63,747 nt of DNA, filler included, from Octopus bimaculoides (GCF_001194135.2; 5 parts of 4 records of this genome joined end to end with filler, not necessarily neighbours in it), one strand, 5' to 3'; counted from the first letter of the whole stretch, positions 1 to 11,690 are shown. Translations and numbers: made by a program. The notes: generated by a model from the letters alone, not told the origin.

Positions 1-173
1 TATATATACGTACACATACAGTTTATGCATGCTTATATAACATACACGCACGCATAGAAACATATATCAGTGTATGTATGAATGTATGTGTGTGTATACA
101 CATATAGAAACATACATACGCGTGCACACATACACCACACACACACACACACAAACACACACACATATACTCA

Positions 174-217
<44 letters not shown>

Positions 218-738
218 AGACTGGAAACGCGCGCGGCTGTTTCTATGCCGGTAGCTTCGTTTCATTTTTCATGGTGTTGCTACTATTATTTTCTTTCTGT
301 GCTTGTTGTTATTACTGTTACATCACTTATTGCTTCTGTGTGTTTATTATTGTTATTTCAGGGGAGGGCGTAGTCATTATTATTATTATTATTTTTATCA
401 TCATCATCATCATCATCATCATTATCATGGTATGATGTTGTTGTCATTGTCGTTGCTGCACTTGATATTTAATTGGCTCTGGGAACCATATCATTGCAGA
501 ATTCCAAAATTATTCTCGATGCACCTAGAGAATTCAAGGAACAAATTTAAAGCGCTAACCGAGGGAATCTCTAAGCGGCTGTTCGGTCTGCAAGAGATAG
601 AAGTCTAATTTCCTCAAATCACAACCCGCAGTTAAAAAAAAACCGCAGGGGAATTGGCATACTGGATTTCTGTGTGTGTGTGTGTGTGTGTTTGTGTGTG
701 TGCGCGTGTGTGCGTATATATTCATATATATACATACT

Positions 739-773
<35 letters not shown>

Positions 774-2029
774 TTTCATTTGTCTTGCGCGCTTATGTTC
801 TGGCGTTTGTTGAATTTTCTTGAGAATAATCTCTTCTTAGTGGTCAGACCAAAGGTGGTCTACTTCTAGTATAATGGATGTCCACTTAGTGGTCATCCCT
901 CCTATATGTATGTAATATAATTTTTCTGAATCTTCAGATTTTTCAATATGCTAGGCCATTGGTTTTAAATTGATACTAATTAANNNNNNNNNNNNNNNNN
1001 NNNNNNNNNNNNNNNNNNNNNNNNNNNNNNNNNNNNNNNNNNNNNNNNNNNNNNNNNNNNNNNNNNNNNNNNNNNNNNNNNNNNNNNNNNNNNNNNNNNN
1101 NNNNNNNNNNNNNNNNNNNNNNNNNNNNNNNNNNNNNNNNNNNNNNNNNNNNNNNNNNNNNNNNNNNNNNNNNNNNNNNNNNNNNNNNNNNNNNNNNNNN
1201 NNNNNNNNNNNNNNNNNNNNNNNNNNNNNNNNNNNNNNNNNNNNNNNNNNNNNNNNNNNNNNNNNNNNNNNNNNNNNNNNNNNNNNNNNNNNNNNNNNNN
1301 NNNNNNNNNNNNNNNNNNNNNNNNNNNNNNNNNNNNNNNNNNNNNNNNNNNNNNNNNNNNNNNNNNNNNNNNNNNNNNNNNNNNNNNNNNNNNNNNNNNN
1401 NNNNNNNNNNNNNNNNNNNNNNNNNNNNNNNNNNNNNNNNNNNNNNNNNNNNNNNNNNNNNNNNNNNNNNNNNNNNNNNNNNNNNNNNNNNNNNNNNNNN
1501 NNNNNNNNNNNNNNNNNNNNNNNNNNNNNNNNNNNNNNNNNNNNNNNNNNNNNNNNNNNNNNNNNNNNNNNNNNNNNNNNNNNNNNNNNNNNNNNNNNNN
1601 NNNNNNNNNNNNNNNNNNNNNNNNNNNNNNNNNNNNNNNNNNNNNNNNNNNNNNNNNNNNNNNNNNNNNNNNNNNNNNNNNNNNNNNNNNNNNNNNNNNN
1701 NNNNNNNNNNNNNNNNNNNNNNNNNNNNNNNNNNNNNNNNNNNNNNNNNNNNNNNNNNNNNNNNNNNNNNNNNNNNNNNNNNNNNNNNNNNNNNNNNNNN
1801 NNNNNNNNNNTAAGCGACGGAGTGCCAACAACATACATACATACATACATACATACATACATACATACATACATACATACATACATACAATCAATATGCT
1901 CACTCGAAGTAATACAATTAGATTGAAATAAAGACAGGTATAACATTTTACTGTACATACAAAAGTGGAACGATGCTATTTGTAATATTTTTCTCATGGA
2001 AGTTTCTTAAAGAGCTGCGTCTATAAACA

Positions 2030-2439
2030 TTACTCCTTGGAGTAATGTTTATAGACGCCACCCCACACGGAGAACTAGCCCGCAGATTTAGAAAAATCCT
2101 CAAAAGTATTAAGTTGAGGATAAATGTTATAGAAAAGCCAGGGAGATCCATTAGATCAATAATATGTAAAACATACCCCTTCAGAAGGACGAAGTGTGTA
2201 GAAGAGAGTTGCATTGTGTGCAAATATAGTCCTGGTATCAACTGCAAAACCAGAAATGTGGTCTACAAAATAAGCTGTATGGATGGTGATTGTAAAAACA
2301 GAAACATGATATACATAGGTGAAACGGCGAGAAGTTTGGCTGAGCGTGTAAATGACCACTGGAGGGACTATAATAATCAAAAACACAAACCTCGGTGCTC
2401 TATCAGCATGCCAAAGAACAACATGGTGGTGTACTGGAC
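2030..2439 (+). mobile_element. Penelope-like retroelement fragment: Cys-rich linker plus GIY-YIG endonuclease, cut by an assembly gap
   Basis: Translation FIDATPHGELARRF...PFRRTKCVEESCIVC...CKTRNVVYKISC...MIYIGETARSLAERVNDH. The VVY/YIG motifs with an upstream C-x4-C-x2-C cluster are typical of endonuclease-bearing PLEs. Confidence 0.85.
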
Positions 2440-3136
2440 NNNNNNNNNNNNNNNNNNNNNNNNNNNNNNNNNNNNNNNNNNNNNNNNNNNNNNNNNNNNN
2501 NNNNNNNNNNNNNNNNNNNNNNNNNNNNNNNNNNNNNNNNNNNNNNNNNNNNNNNNNNNNNNNNNNNNNNNNNNNNNNNNNNNNNNNNNNNNNNNNNNNN
2601 NNNNNNNNNNNNNNNNNNNNNNNNNNNNNNNNNNNNNNNNNNNNNNNNNNNNNNNNNNNNNNNNNNNNNNNNNNNNNNNNNNNNNNNNNNNNNNNNNNNN
2701 NNNNNNNNNNNNNNNNNNNNNNNNNNNNNNNNNNNNNNNNNNNNNNNNNNNNNNNNNNNNNNNNNNNNNNNNNNNNNNNNNNNNNNNNNNNNNNNNNNNN
2801 NNNNNNNNNNNNNNNNNNNNNNNNNNNNNNNNNNNNNNNNNNNNNNNNNNNNNNNNNNNNNNNNNNNNNNNNNNNNNNNNNNNNNNNNNNNNNNNNNNNN
2901 NNNNNNNNNNNNNNNNNNNNNNNNNNNNNNNNNNNNNNNNNNNNNNNNNNNNNNNNNNNNNNNNNNNNNNNNNNNNNNNNNNNNNNNNNNNNNNNNNNNN
3001 NNNNNNNNNNNNNNNNNNNNNNNNNNNNNNNNNNNNNNNNNNNNNNNNNNNNNNNNNNNNNNNNNNNNNNNNNNNNNNNNNNNNNNNNNNNNNNNNNNNN
3101 NNNNNNNNNNNNNNNNNNNNNNNNNNNNNNNNNNNN

Positions 3137-3169
<33 letters not shown>

Positions 3170-3689
3170 AACATGAATATGAGAAGATGGCGGCGAGGAG
3201 AAGATAGTGAGGTCAAATACACCAAATCAACAAAACTTTGCAGTAAGACAGCCGTCTGCAGCTCTGTTGTTGTTGTTGGCTTTGTTGTCGTTGTCGTCTT
3301 TGTTGGTGTTAGTCTAATATGTTACACTGAAATGATGAGAGGATCGGGTTTCTCTTAAGACACTGTCTGCTGGGCAGAGTGATTCAGATTGAGGACGGTG
3401 GAATTTGAAGAGAGTGAAAGTGAGAGAGGAAAAGAAAGGAAGGAAGAGATTGTTTCCCTGTGTGTTAGTCTACATGAGACTTCGCCTGGGTGTTTTGGTG
3501 TCTGCATGGTGTGTGTGCTATATTGTTTCACGTGTGTGTATGTATGAGAGAAAGAAAGAAAGACAGAACAAAGAAAAATGAATATTATATATATGCGTGT
3601 GTACATAATATATATGTGCGTAAGCTTAATGCTGCACACACACATTATATATATATATAAATATATATATATATATCATCATCCTCATC

Positions 3690-3830
3690 ATCATCATCAC
3701 TTAACGTCCGCTTTCCATGCTAGCATGGGTTGGACGATTTGACTGAGGGCTGGTGAACCAGATGGCTACACCAGGCTCCAATCTGATTTGGCAGAGTTTC
3801 TACAGCTGGATGCCCTTCCTAACGCCAACC
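3690..3830 (-). mobile_element. SINE-like family F4 (RTE-type 3' end with (GAT)n tail)
   Basis: Shared motif GGTTGGCGTTAGGAAGGGCATCCAGCTGTAGAAAC...CCATGCTAGCATGGAAAGCGGACGTTAA(GAT)n. Other copies at about 34278-34545, 36250-36575, 36680-37000, 38200-38480, 38480-38650, 39745-39795, 42925-43020, 49130-49345, 50195-50400 and 53885-54200. Confidence 0.75.
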
Positions 3831-4623
3831 NNNNNNNNNNNNNNNNNNNNNNNNNNNNNNNNNNNNNNNNNNNNNNNNNNNNNNNNNNNNNNNNNNNNNN
3901 NNNNNNNNNNNNNNNNNNNNNNNNNNNNNNNNNNNNNNNNNNNNNNNNNNNNNNNNNNNNNNNNNNNNNNNNNNNNNNNNNNNNNNNNNNNNNNNNNNNN
4001 NNNNNNNNNNNNNNNNNNNNNNNNNNNNNNNNNNNNNNNNNNNNNNNNNNNNNNNNNNNNNNNNNNNNNNNNNNNNNNNNNNNNNNNNNNNNNNNNNNNN
4101 NNNNNNNNNNNNNNNNNNNNNNNNNNNNNNNNNNNNNNNNNNNNNNNNNNNNNNNNNNNNNNNNNNNNNNNNNNNNNNNNNNNNNNNNNNNNNNNNNNNN
4201 NNNNNNNNNNNNNNNNNNNNNNNNNNNNNNNNNNNNNNNNNNNNNNNNNNNNNNNNNNNNNNNNNNNNNNNNNNNNNNNNNNNNNNNNNNNNNNNNNNNN
4301 NNNNNNNNNNNNNNNNNNNNNNNNNNNNNNNNNNNNNNNNNNNNNNNNNNNNNNNNNNNNNNNNNNNNNNNNNNNNNNNNNNNNNNNNNNNNNNNNNNNN
4401 NNNNNNNNNNNNNNNNNNNNNNNNNNNNNNNNNNNNNNNNNNNNNNNNNNNNNNNNNNNNNNNNNNNNNNNNNNNNNNNNNNNNNNNNNNNNNNNNNNNN
4501 NNNNNNNNNNNNNNNNNNNNNNNNNNNNNNNNNNNNNNNNNNNNNNNNNNNNNNNNNNNNNNNNNNNNNNNNNNNNNNNNNNNNNNNNNNNNNNNNNNNN
4601 NNNNNNNNNNNNNNNNNNNNNNN

Positions 4624-4659
<36 letters not shown>

Positions 4660-4672
4660 CATATACATATAT

Positions 4673-4827
4673 ATACGACGGGCTTCTTTCAGTTTCCATC
4701 TACCAAATCCACTCACAAGGCTTTGGTCGGCCCGAGGCTATAGAAGAAGACACTTTCCCAAGGTACCACGCAACGGGACTGAACCCGGAACCATGTGGTT
4801 GGTAAGCAAGCTACTTACCACGCAGCT
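4673..4827 (-). mobile_element. tRNA-derived SINE family F1, 5' part
   Basis: The reverse strand gives an A-box-like GCTGCGTGGTAAGT, a B-box-like GGGTTCAGTCC, then ACCTTGGGAAAGTG; same family as the copy at 33097-33480. Confidence 0.85.
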
Positions 4828-5084
4828 ATATATACATATATATATATATATACATTTATATATATATGATATATATATTATATACTTGTATATATTATAT
4901 ACTTGTATATATTTATATACATATATGTATATTTATGTATTTATATGTGTGTGTATTTATAGATAGACAGATATGTCTCTCAGTGTATAATAATGCAACT
5001 GTCACAAACTAACAACTCCTCTATAAATATCGTAGAAGCGAAAAACAAAAACCACTGAGCCATCAGTTTAAATTTTGACAAGAA

Positions 5085-5384
5085 TTAGGAGTAGCAGTGT
5101 TCTTGTACGAACATTAAAACAATAGAAACGAAATATGAGATGGCAGACGCCATCATTGCTCTGTTTACTTTCTTAAGTAACTCTTTACCCATAACAATAC
5201 CGCTATTAATAGATCGAAATGATTTACAGCCTAGGGTGAGTGAAGATGTAGTGGTAGGTGGGGAGGCAGGAAACTCGAAATTAAAACTTGTGGGTCTCAG
5301 ACGTGGGACATAGGAACCCAGCACTCGTAACTGAGAACTGGAATCAGAGACAGGGAAGCGATGAGCTGAGTTGGAAATTGGATT
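5085..5384 (-). CDS. Candidate terminal coding exon of an unidentified host gene (99 aa, Ser/Pro/Thr-rich with a hydrophobic C-terminus)
   Basis: On the minus strand, acceptor TTATTACTTTTGGCAATTTAG is followed by 99 open codons NPISNSAHRF...AMMASAISYFVSIVLMFVQEHCYS* in non-repetitive sequence. No homology recognised. Confidence 0.3.
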   Translation of the reverse strand, partial: NPISNSAHRFPVSDSSSQLRVLGSYVPRLRPTSFNFEFPASPPTTTSSLTLGCKSFRSINSGIVMGKELLKKVNRAMMASAISYFVSIVLMFVQEHCYS

Positions 5385-6482
5385 CTAAATTGCCAAAAGT
5401 AATAACATGACGATTTAACGCAGGCTCTGGGAATATTTTAGTGTGTGAAAGTTAGTTCTAATGATTCCATTATTCATGACATTCATTTATTGGGTACATT
5501 GAGGTGAATTTGCCAGATTTTCAATTGTTTTCAGTTCTGTAGAACGAGATTACGGATTTGATCAGGCGTCGGGCAACTAGCTAAAAGCTTGATGTTTCGT
5601 ATCTTGTGGACAGTGTGCAGACGCCATTGTCTAAAACCTTCAGTTTCCATAGTTCGTTAAGCTGTTCTGGAAGGAGGAGGAGAAGGAGGAGGAGGGTGAG
5701 AAATAGAAGAAAAAGAAGATGAAGAAGAAGAAGAAGAAGAAGAAGAAGAAGAAGAAGANNNNNNNNNNNNNNNNNNNNNNNNNNNNNNNNNNNNNNNNNN
5801 NNNNNNNNNNNNNNNNNNNNNNNNNNNNNNNNNNNNNNNNNNNNNNNNNNNNNNNNNNNNNNNNNNNNNNNNNNNNNNNNNNNNNNNNNNNNNNNNNNNN
5901 NNNNNNNNNNNNNNNNNNNNNNNNNNNNNNNNNNNNNNNNNNNNNNNNNNNNNNNNNNNNNNNNNNNNNNNNNNNNNNNNNNNNNNNNNNNNNNNNNNNN
6001 NNNNNNNNNNNNNNNNNNNNNNNNNNNNNNNNNNNNNNNNNNNNNNNNNNNNNNNNNNNNNNNNNNNNNNNNNNNNNNNNNNNNNNNNNNNNNNNNNNNN
6101 NNNNNNNNNNNNNNNNNNNNNNNNNNNNNNNNNNNNNNNNNNNNNNNNNNNNNNNNNNNNNNNNNNNNNNNNNNNNNNNNNNNNNNNNNNNNNNNNNNNN
6201 NNNNNNNNNNNNNNNNNNNNNNNNNNNNNNNNNNNNNNNNNNNNNNNNNNNNNNNNNNTATATAATCTGAAATATTCGAAATTTACATTACCAGTGACCT
6301 AGCGTGTAAAAATTTAGTCAATAGACTATATATTATTCATATAAATATAGTGTACATTTAAACACATAAGAAGTATCCATCATAGGACTACCTGCACGCT
6401 AGAGAGGACAGTTAAATTCCAAAAAACTATTAGGGATAAAATTTCGAAGGGAGTGAAAAATAAAAACATTTACCATCTAACT

Positions 6483-6553
6483 CCTGGACCAAATGGTTTC
6501 AGACATTTTTTAGCAAATAAAATAATTTGCTAGGCGAAGCCTTCTTCAGCAGG
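6483..6553 (-). ncRNA. Type I hammerhead ribozyme, intact core (HHR family 2)
   Basis: Minus strand: CCUG-CUGAAGA-AGGC-[uucgcc UAGCAAAU uauuuu AUUUGCUA aaaaau]-GUCU-GAAA-CC-auuu-GG-UC-CAGG. Stem I is CCUG/CAGG, stem II AGGC/GUCU, stem III ACC/GGU; predicted GUC cleavage between 6487 and 6486. Confidence 0.7.
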
Positions 6554-6865
6554 TACACCTTAGATTAAATATATATACACATTTAAATGTACACTGTATT
6601 TATATGAAAAATATATAGTCTATTGACTAAATTCTTACACGCTAGGTCACTGGTAGTGGAAATTTTTAATATTTCATATTACCCTTTGATATTATTAATT
6701 ATTGATAATTTTTTCTTGGATAATTTTCGAAATAAGAAAGCCGCCATATTTATTTACTGCCGACAAGGAGCTGCTCTTGCGTGGTAGATTTGAAAGATTT
6801 GAATGTATAAGCACGGGGCATATACTGGATTGCCTCGTGTATATATATATTTAATCTAAGGTGTA

Positions 6866-6937
6866 CCTGCTGAAGAAGGCCTCACCTAGCAAATTATTTT
6901 ATTTGCTAAAAAAATGTCTGAAACCATTTGGTTCAGG
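6866..6937 (+). ncRNA. Type I hammerhead ribozyme, second copy with a GUU cleavage triplet (HHR family 2)
   Basis: CCTG CTGAAGA AGGC...GTCT GAAA CC ATTT GG TT CAGG; same fold as 6483-6553, with C17 changed to U. Confidence 0.6.
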
Positions 6938-7212
6938 AGTTAGATGGTAAATGTTTTTTATTTTTCATTCCCCTCGAAATTTTATCCCTAATAGTGGTTT
7001 GGAATTTAACTGTCCTCTCTAGCGTGCAGGNNNNNNNNNNTATTATTATATATATATATATATACGTAAACAAAGTTTGTTCATTTTTAGAAGCGTTGAG
7101 ATGTATTGTAAGAACAAATAAATTTATTTCTCAAACGCGTGATTGAATTTAACGTTAGCGTCTTATGAACCTAAATTTATAAGTTCTAAAACTGCAGAAG
7201 AATTCGTTGCTG

Positions 7213-7284
7213 GGCAGTTTGGTTTAATGGTAAAACACTTGACATGTAATCGGAGAGATGTGAGTTCAAGTCTCATGGCTGGCC
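7213..7284 (+). pseudogene. tRNA-like sequence (Thr-TGT-like), probably a pseudogene or SINE head
   Basis: The cloverleaf can be drawn: D stem GTTT/AAAC and T arm GTGAG-TTCAAGT-CTCAT. The acceptor and anticodon stems have mismatches, and the loop CATGTAA lacks U33. Confidence 0.55.
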
Positions 7285-7454
7285 GGCAACGTATTTTTCT
7301 GCATTATATGGATAATTTATCCTGATCACGCTATTTATAGCATTATCACGGGTTTGAGAAATAAATAAATTTCTGTTCTTATATATATACGTATGTATTA
7401 TGTTACGTGTATGCATGTAAACACCAATGTGTACATGAGGATGAGGTTGAGTAT

Positions 7455-7486
<32 letters not shown>

Positions 7487-8660
7487 GAAAAGAGGTTTAT
7501 ACGTACATATATATATAGATATATATATATGAATGTATGTTTATATATATATGCGTATATATACAAAATTACATATGCATATATATAGAGAGAGGGGAGA
7601 GAGAGAGCAAAAGAAAGAGAGAAAGAAAGAGTGATGGTGATAAGGAGATAAGTAGGTAAGGAAATAAACCTATAGCTTTCTGTCTGAAATATTAGATATT
7701 TTCACTCTTTATAACAAACATATCTCGTTTCTTTTCGTTTCTTTTCCATTTCACAACACTGACTGTATCAGTGATACAGGTCACTATCTATTTCCGTTAG
7801 CCACCTTGACATCTAGTAATAATATTATGTTGTACGAAATGAGTTAAGTTACTCCTAGTCGATAGTTTACTATGCTATCATATCTAATTCAACAGCTAAG
7901 TTTGCTATAGAATTTCAACACCTTATTCCATACAATACGATATTGCCTAGGTGAGCGTTTACCATATCTATTTCTTGATATATTATCTCGTTTAATAAGG
8001 AAAATGTCTATACTGTTTCAAATTAAATCTCTTTATATCAGTAGGAACAGCCGCACAGCCGTACAGATTTGGCAGTGTACCTTACTCTGGCGTTGGATCC
8101 AGATGCAAAAGCTCAACAACTCCAACGAAAGAAGATGTTCATTCAGTCGGCATGAGAATATTGAAATATTGCCATATAAGCCGTATAACAACCAATGTTG
8201 GGCAATAGGAAAATAGGGATTAGAGAAATATTGAAGTAACATGAAGCTTTTACGTAAAAAAATAGAATCGCGTCTGTTCAATCCAGAAAGCTGTTTACAG
8301 TAATTATCTGATAACATTGCTATATCTATTTGGTTCAGATAGACAACTTTATGTTCAACGAAAAGAGTAATTAAGCGATAACAAGGATGCAGAAATGCTA
8401 AATATGGTTACAAATTTGCTAGAAATAACAGCTAAATTTGCTTGAAATCGGTCCCTTCTAACTGATTTAACAAAAGGAAAAGACATCTTGGCTGATGTAG
8501 TCCTAAATACACTAAATTGGAATAAAAGATGGAATGGCTTCGTTGTTAAGATGTTTTGCTTCACAACAAGATGGCTTCTTGGTCAAGTGTCTTCGAGTTA
8601 ACCAATGCCTGCGAGTGGAAGCTGGTAGATGGAGACTTTAAGGAAGCTCATTCCATATAA

Positions 8661-8716
<56 letters not shown>

Positions 8717-9128
8717 NNNNNNNNNNNNNNNNNNNNNNNNNNNNNNNNNNNNNNNNNNNNNNNNNNNNNNNNNNNNNNNNNNNNNNNNNNNNNNNNNNNN
8801 NNNNNNNNNNNNNNNNNNNNNNNNNNNNNNNNNNNNNNNNNNNNNNNNNNNNNNNNNNNNNNNNNNNNNNNNNNNNNNNNNNNNNNNNNNNNNNNNNNNN
8901 NNNNNNNNNNNNNNNNNNNNNNNNNNNNNNNNNNNNNNNNNNNNNNNNNNNNNNNNNNNNNNNNNNNNNNNNNNNNNNNNNNNNNNNNNNNNNNNNNNNN
9001 NNNNNNNNNNNNNNNNNNNNNNNNNNNNNNNNNNNNNNNNNNNNNNNNNNNNNNNNNNNNNNNNNNNNNNNNNNNNNNNNNNNNNNNNNNNNNNNNNNNN
9101 NNNNNNNNNNNNNNNNNNNNNNNNNNGC

Positions 9129-9174
<46 letters not shown>

Positions 9175-9177
<3 letters not shown>

Positions 9178-10560
9178 GAAAAGGGTTTGATCCAGTAGCT
9201 TTGAACTCCATCTGGTCCCGGGGCCTTCCAGTTGCTCATTTTTTTTGCTGATTTCCTTCACTTCCTTAACTGAAATGACTAGTTCTGCCTGTTTTGGACA
9301 GACTACTGTTTGTTTCAGTTCTTGCAACCATTCAGCATCCTTCTTGTGCTCCTTGTCTTTGCTCCAGATGTCACTCCAAAACCTTTGATTTTCAATGTTA
9401 TCTGGTGTCAACTTTTCATCTGTACACTCTCCATTTCTTTCTTTATAGAATCTCTTCTGATCTACTCAGAATAACCTATTCTGCTGGTATTCCTTCATTG
9501 TTTGGTCGTATCTTACCATCTTTGCGTTCTTTGCAACGAGGCGCAGTTTCAGTTCCTCCACTACTGCTTTCAGGCCCTTTCTTTCAATATTATACTTCCT
9601 TTTCAGCGCCCTGTACTTTTGTTCGCTTTTAAGCTCGCCTTTCTCTTTTCGGTCTAACACAGATTTCCTTCGAGAGCATGTCTAATCCTGCCTGGATTCT
9701 TCTTTTCCACTATGGATCTTTTCTTTTGTCACTAACATTATGTTTCTTTTTCTTGACATCAACACCCACGTTTTCTGCCACAACAATACTTGCTGCCTTG
9801 ATCAAATTATTTGTTTCTGTGATGTTCTTTGTTCTGATGTATTTCAGAATTTCATTGACATTTTGGTTTCTTGGTTCAATTTCCATCGATCAACCTTTTT
9901 AAGGTTGCAAATAATGTCGCTATCGTTCTCCTTTATAGTCTTGCCTTTATTCTGTCGTAGATTGCCTTTTGTTCATCTGTCATGTCGGCATTAGTTTTAT
10001 TGTCTTCTTTTAGATCATCTATATGTCGCTCATCAAGTAAACTACCACTACTCCTTTCCTGTGCTATGGGATTACTCTTATTAGTAAGAACTGTATTTTC
10101 ATTGTTATCTCTGCTGCTATTTTCCATGACCCGTCTTTTGATAGCTTCGAGCTCTACTTCTGTGAGCCAACAATTTTTCCTTATTGCACTAGCTTGATCA
10201 CATAGTCTCTGTTCCGTGAGTTGAAACAATCCCTTTTCTCTCCAATGATTATACATACGTTGTCGGTAACCCCTAATGTGAGCACCATTTTCATCTACTG
10301 GGCTGCTCAGGTAGTAACACTCCATGACCACAGCATTAGCTTGCTTGCTCCATCTACGCCGTGTGTGATGGTCCCTTTCTGGATATCGACAGGCTGGAGC
10401 CGGACCAGAATCTCTGAGCCTACCGGGTGTAACACTGTCACCATCATTGGCTTCAGTTTCATTACCACCGTTATTCACAATATTTTGTTTTTTCATTGTC
10501 ACTCATATGAGATAGCGATTATCAGGTTGCGCAATTACCAGTGTTTTTATTGTGACACCA
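9175..10560 (-). mobile_element. R4/Dong-clade non-LTR retrotransposon, 5' half (N-terminal domain to start of RT), frameshifted
   Basis: RRRWSKQANAVVMECYY...RGYRQRMYNHW...TEQRLCDQASAIRKNCWLTEVELE; RKYNIERKGL...YQQNRLF; FWSDIW...WL; NWKAPGPDGVQSYWIK. Confidence 0.85.
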
Positions 10561-10581
10561 TCACTAGATGTATCATTAATC

Positions 10582-10988
10582 AGCTCCTGAGGAGGAGGAA
10601 TATAAGAGACGCCACGACAAAATAACCACGCTTGTCCATTGGACACTCTGCAACATTATGGACTTGACAGAGCAAAAAATTGGTACGACTACAAACCTGA
10701 AGGCATCGTCGAAAATAGAAATGCAAAGATCCTATGGGATTTTATGATTCAGTGCGACCATGAGATATAGAATAGGAAACCGGACATAGTCTTAGTTGAG
10801 AAAGAAAATAAACTATGCTGGATCATTGATATAGCATGCCCAGCTGACAACAAGGTATGCGATAACGAAGTTCAGAGATATGACAGGTTAGCTTGGGAAG
10901 TTAAGCAGTTGTGGTCGATGAAAAAGGTAGCAGTAGTACCAATAATTGTCGGATAACAGTGAGCAAAAATCTCGAGACGTGGAACAAN
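10582..10988 (+). mobile_element. R4/Dong-clade 3' part (restriction-like endonuclease), opposite orientation to the 5' half
   Basis: EYKRRHDK...HW...WYDYKPEGIVEN...KILWDFMIQCDH...RKPDIVLV...IIDIACPAD...LWSMKKVAVVPIIVG: a REL-type PD-(D/E)xK endonuclease with stops and frameshifts. Confidence 0.85.
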
Positions 10989-11127
10989 NNNNNNNNNTCG
11001 ACCCCAGTGTTTCACTGGTACTTATTTTTGAACCCCGAAAGAATGAAAGGCAAAGCTGACCTCGGTGGAAATTGAACTCAGCACGTAAGGACGGACGAAA
11101 TGCCGCTAAGCATTTTTCTCGACGTAT

Positions 11128-11173
<46 letters not shown>

Positions 11174-11489
11174 GAATCAAAATTAAAAGAAGAGTTCCAT
11201 TGTTATCTAGTGAACGATACTTCGACATCTCGTGTGTCTTCAACAGGTTCAAAAAATAATTTTGTCAATCTACTTCATTTTGGTTAATATATAAAGGATT
11301 GAGGTAACTCCTCCAGAAGATATAGAGTGTCTTCAACAGGTTCAAAAAATAATAATAAAAGCTTGTTTCATCAATATTCTCCCAAACATCATCACTGGGA
11401 ACACTTTAATATACATAATGCACTCCGGTACAAAAACCATAAAGATGAGACAGGAGTTGACAAAAGCGCTGATAATATTACACTACAAA

Positions 11490-11690
11490 TAAGGCGACGA
11501 GCTGGCAGAATCGCTAGCACGCCGGACAAAATGCTTAACGGCATTTGGTCCGTCGTTACGTTCTAAGTTCAAATTCCACCGAGGTCGACTTTGCTGTTCA
11601 TACTTTCGAGGTCGATAAAATAAGTACCAGTTGAGTACTGTGGTCGATGTAACTGACTTAACTCCTCCCCCGAAATTTGAAATCAACATT
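11490..11690 (+). mobile_element. SINE family F2 (GGCGAGCTGGCAGAA head, ...GTCGACTTTGC..TTCAT..TTTCG.GGTCGATAAA... core)
   Basis: Many copies: about 11000-11125 (-), 12750-12965 (-), 14335-15275 (-, four), 19113-19545 (+, two), 25680-26320 (+, three), 40074-40279 (+), 45752-45983 (-). Confidence 0.85.

Larger units (their letters stand above)
6270..7030. repeat. Nested inverted duplication of a ~290-bp HHR-bearing unit (layout A-B-A'-C-B')
   Basis: 6270-6362 is the reverse complement of about 6581-6678, and 6391-6580 is the reverse complement of about 6837-7030. Confidence 0.85.

Noticed and set aside
951-4966. Long ORFs in the track spanning N-runs or microsatellites (also 8598-9411, 27334-28193, 44678-45695, 50467-50979, 52429-52939)
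   Set aside because: They are open only because N or (CA)/(TA)/(AAT) repeats contain no stop codons.
5099-5236. Plus-strand exon candidate with donor AGG|GTGAGT and a cadherin-like IDRND motif
   Set aside because: The acceptor lacks a pyrimidine tract and no other cadherin motifs are present; it overlaps the better minus-strand candidate.
8040-8216. Plus-strand frame GTAAQPYRFGSVPYSG...NVGQ* after TCTCTTTATATCAG
   Set aside because: Short, no recognisable homology, within chance expectation; not supportable without RNA data.
11234-11353. 27-bp direct repeat with a 66-bp spacer, CRISPR-like at first sight
   Set aside because: Only two copies, eukaryotic context and no cas genes; a simple local duplication.
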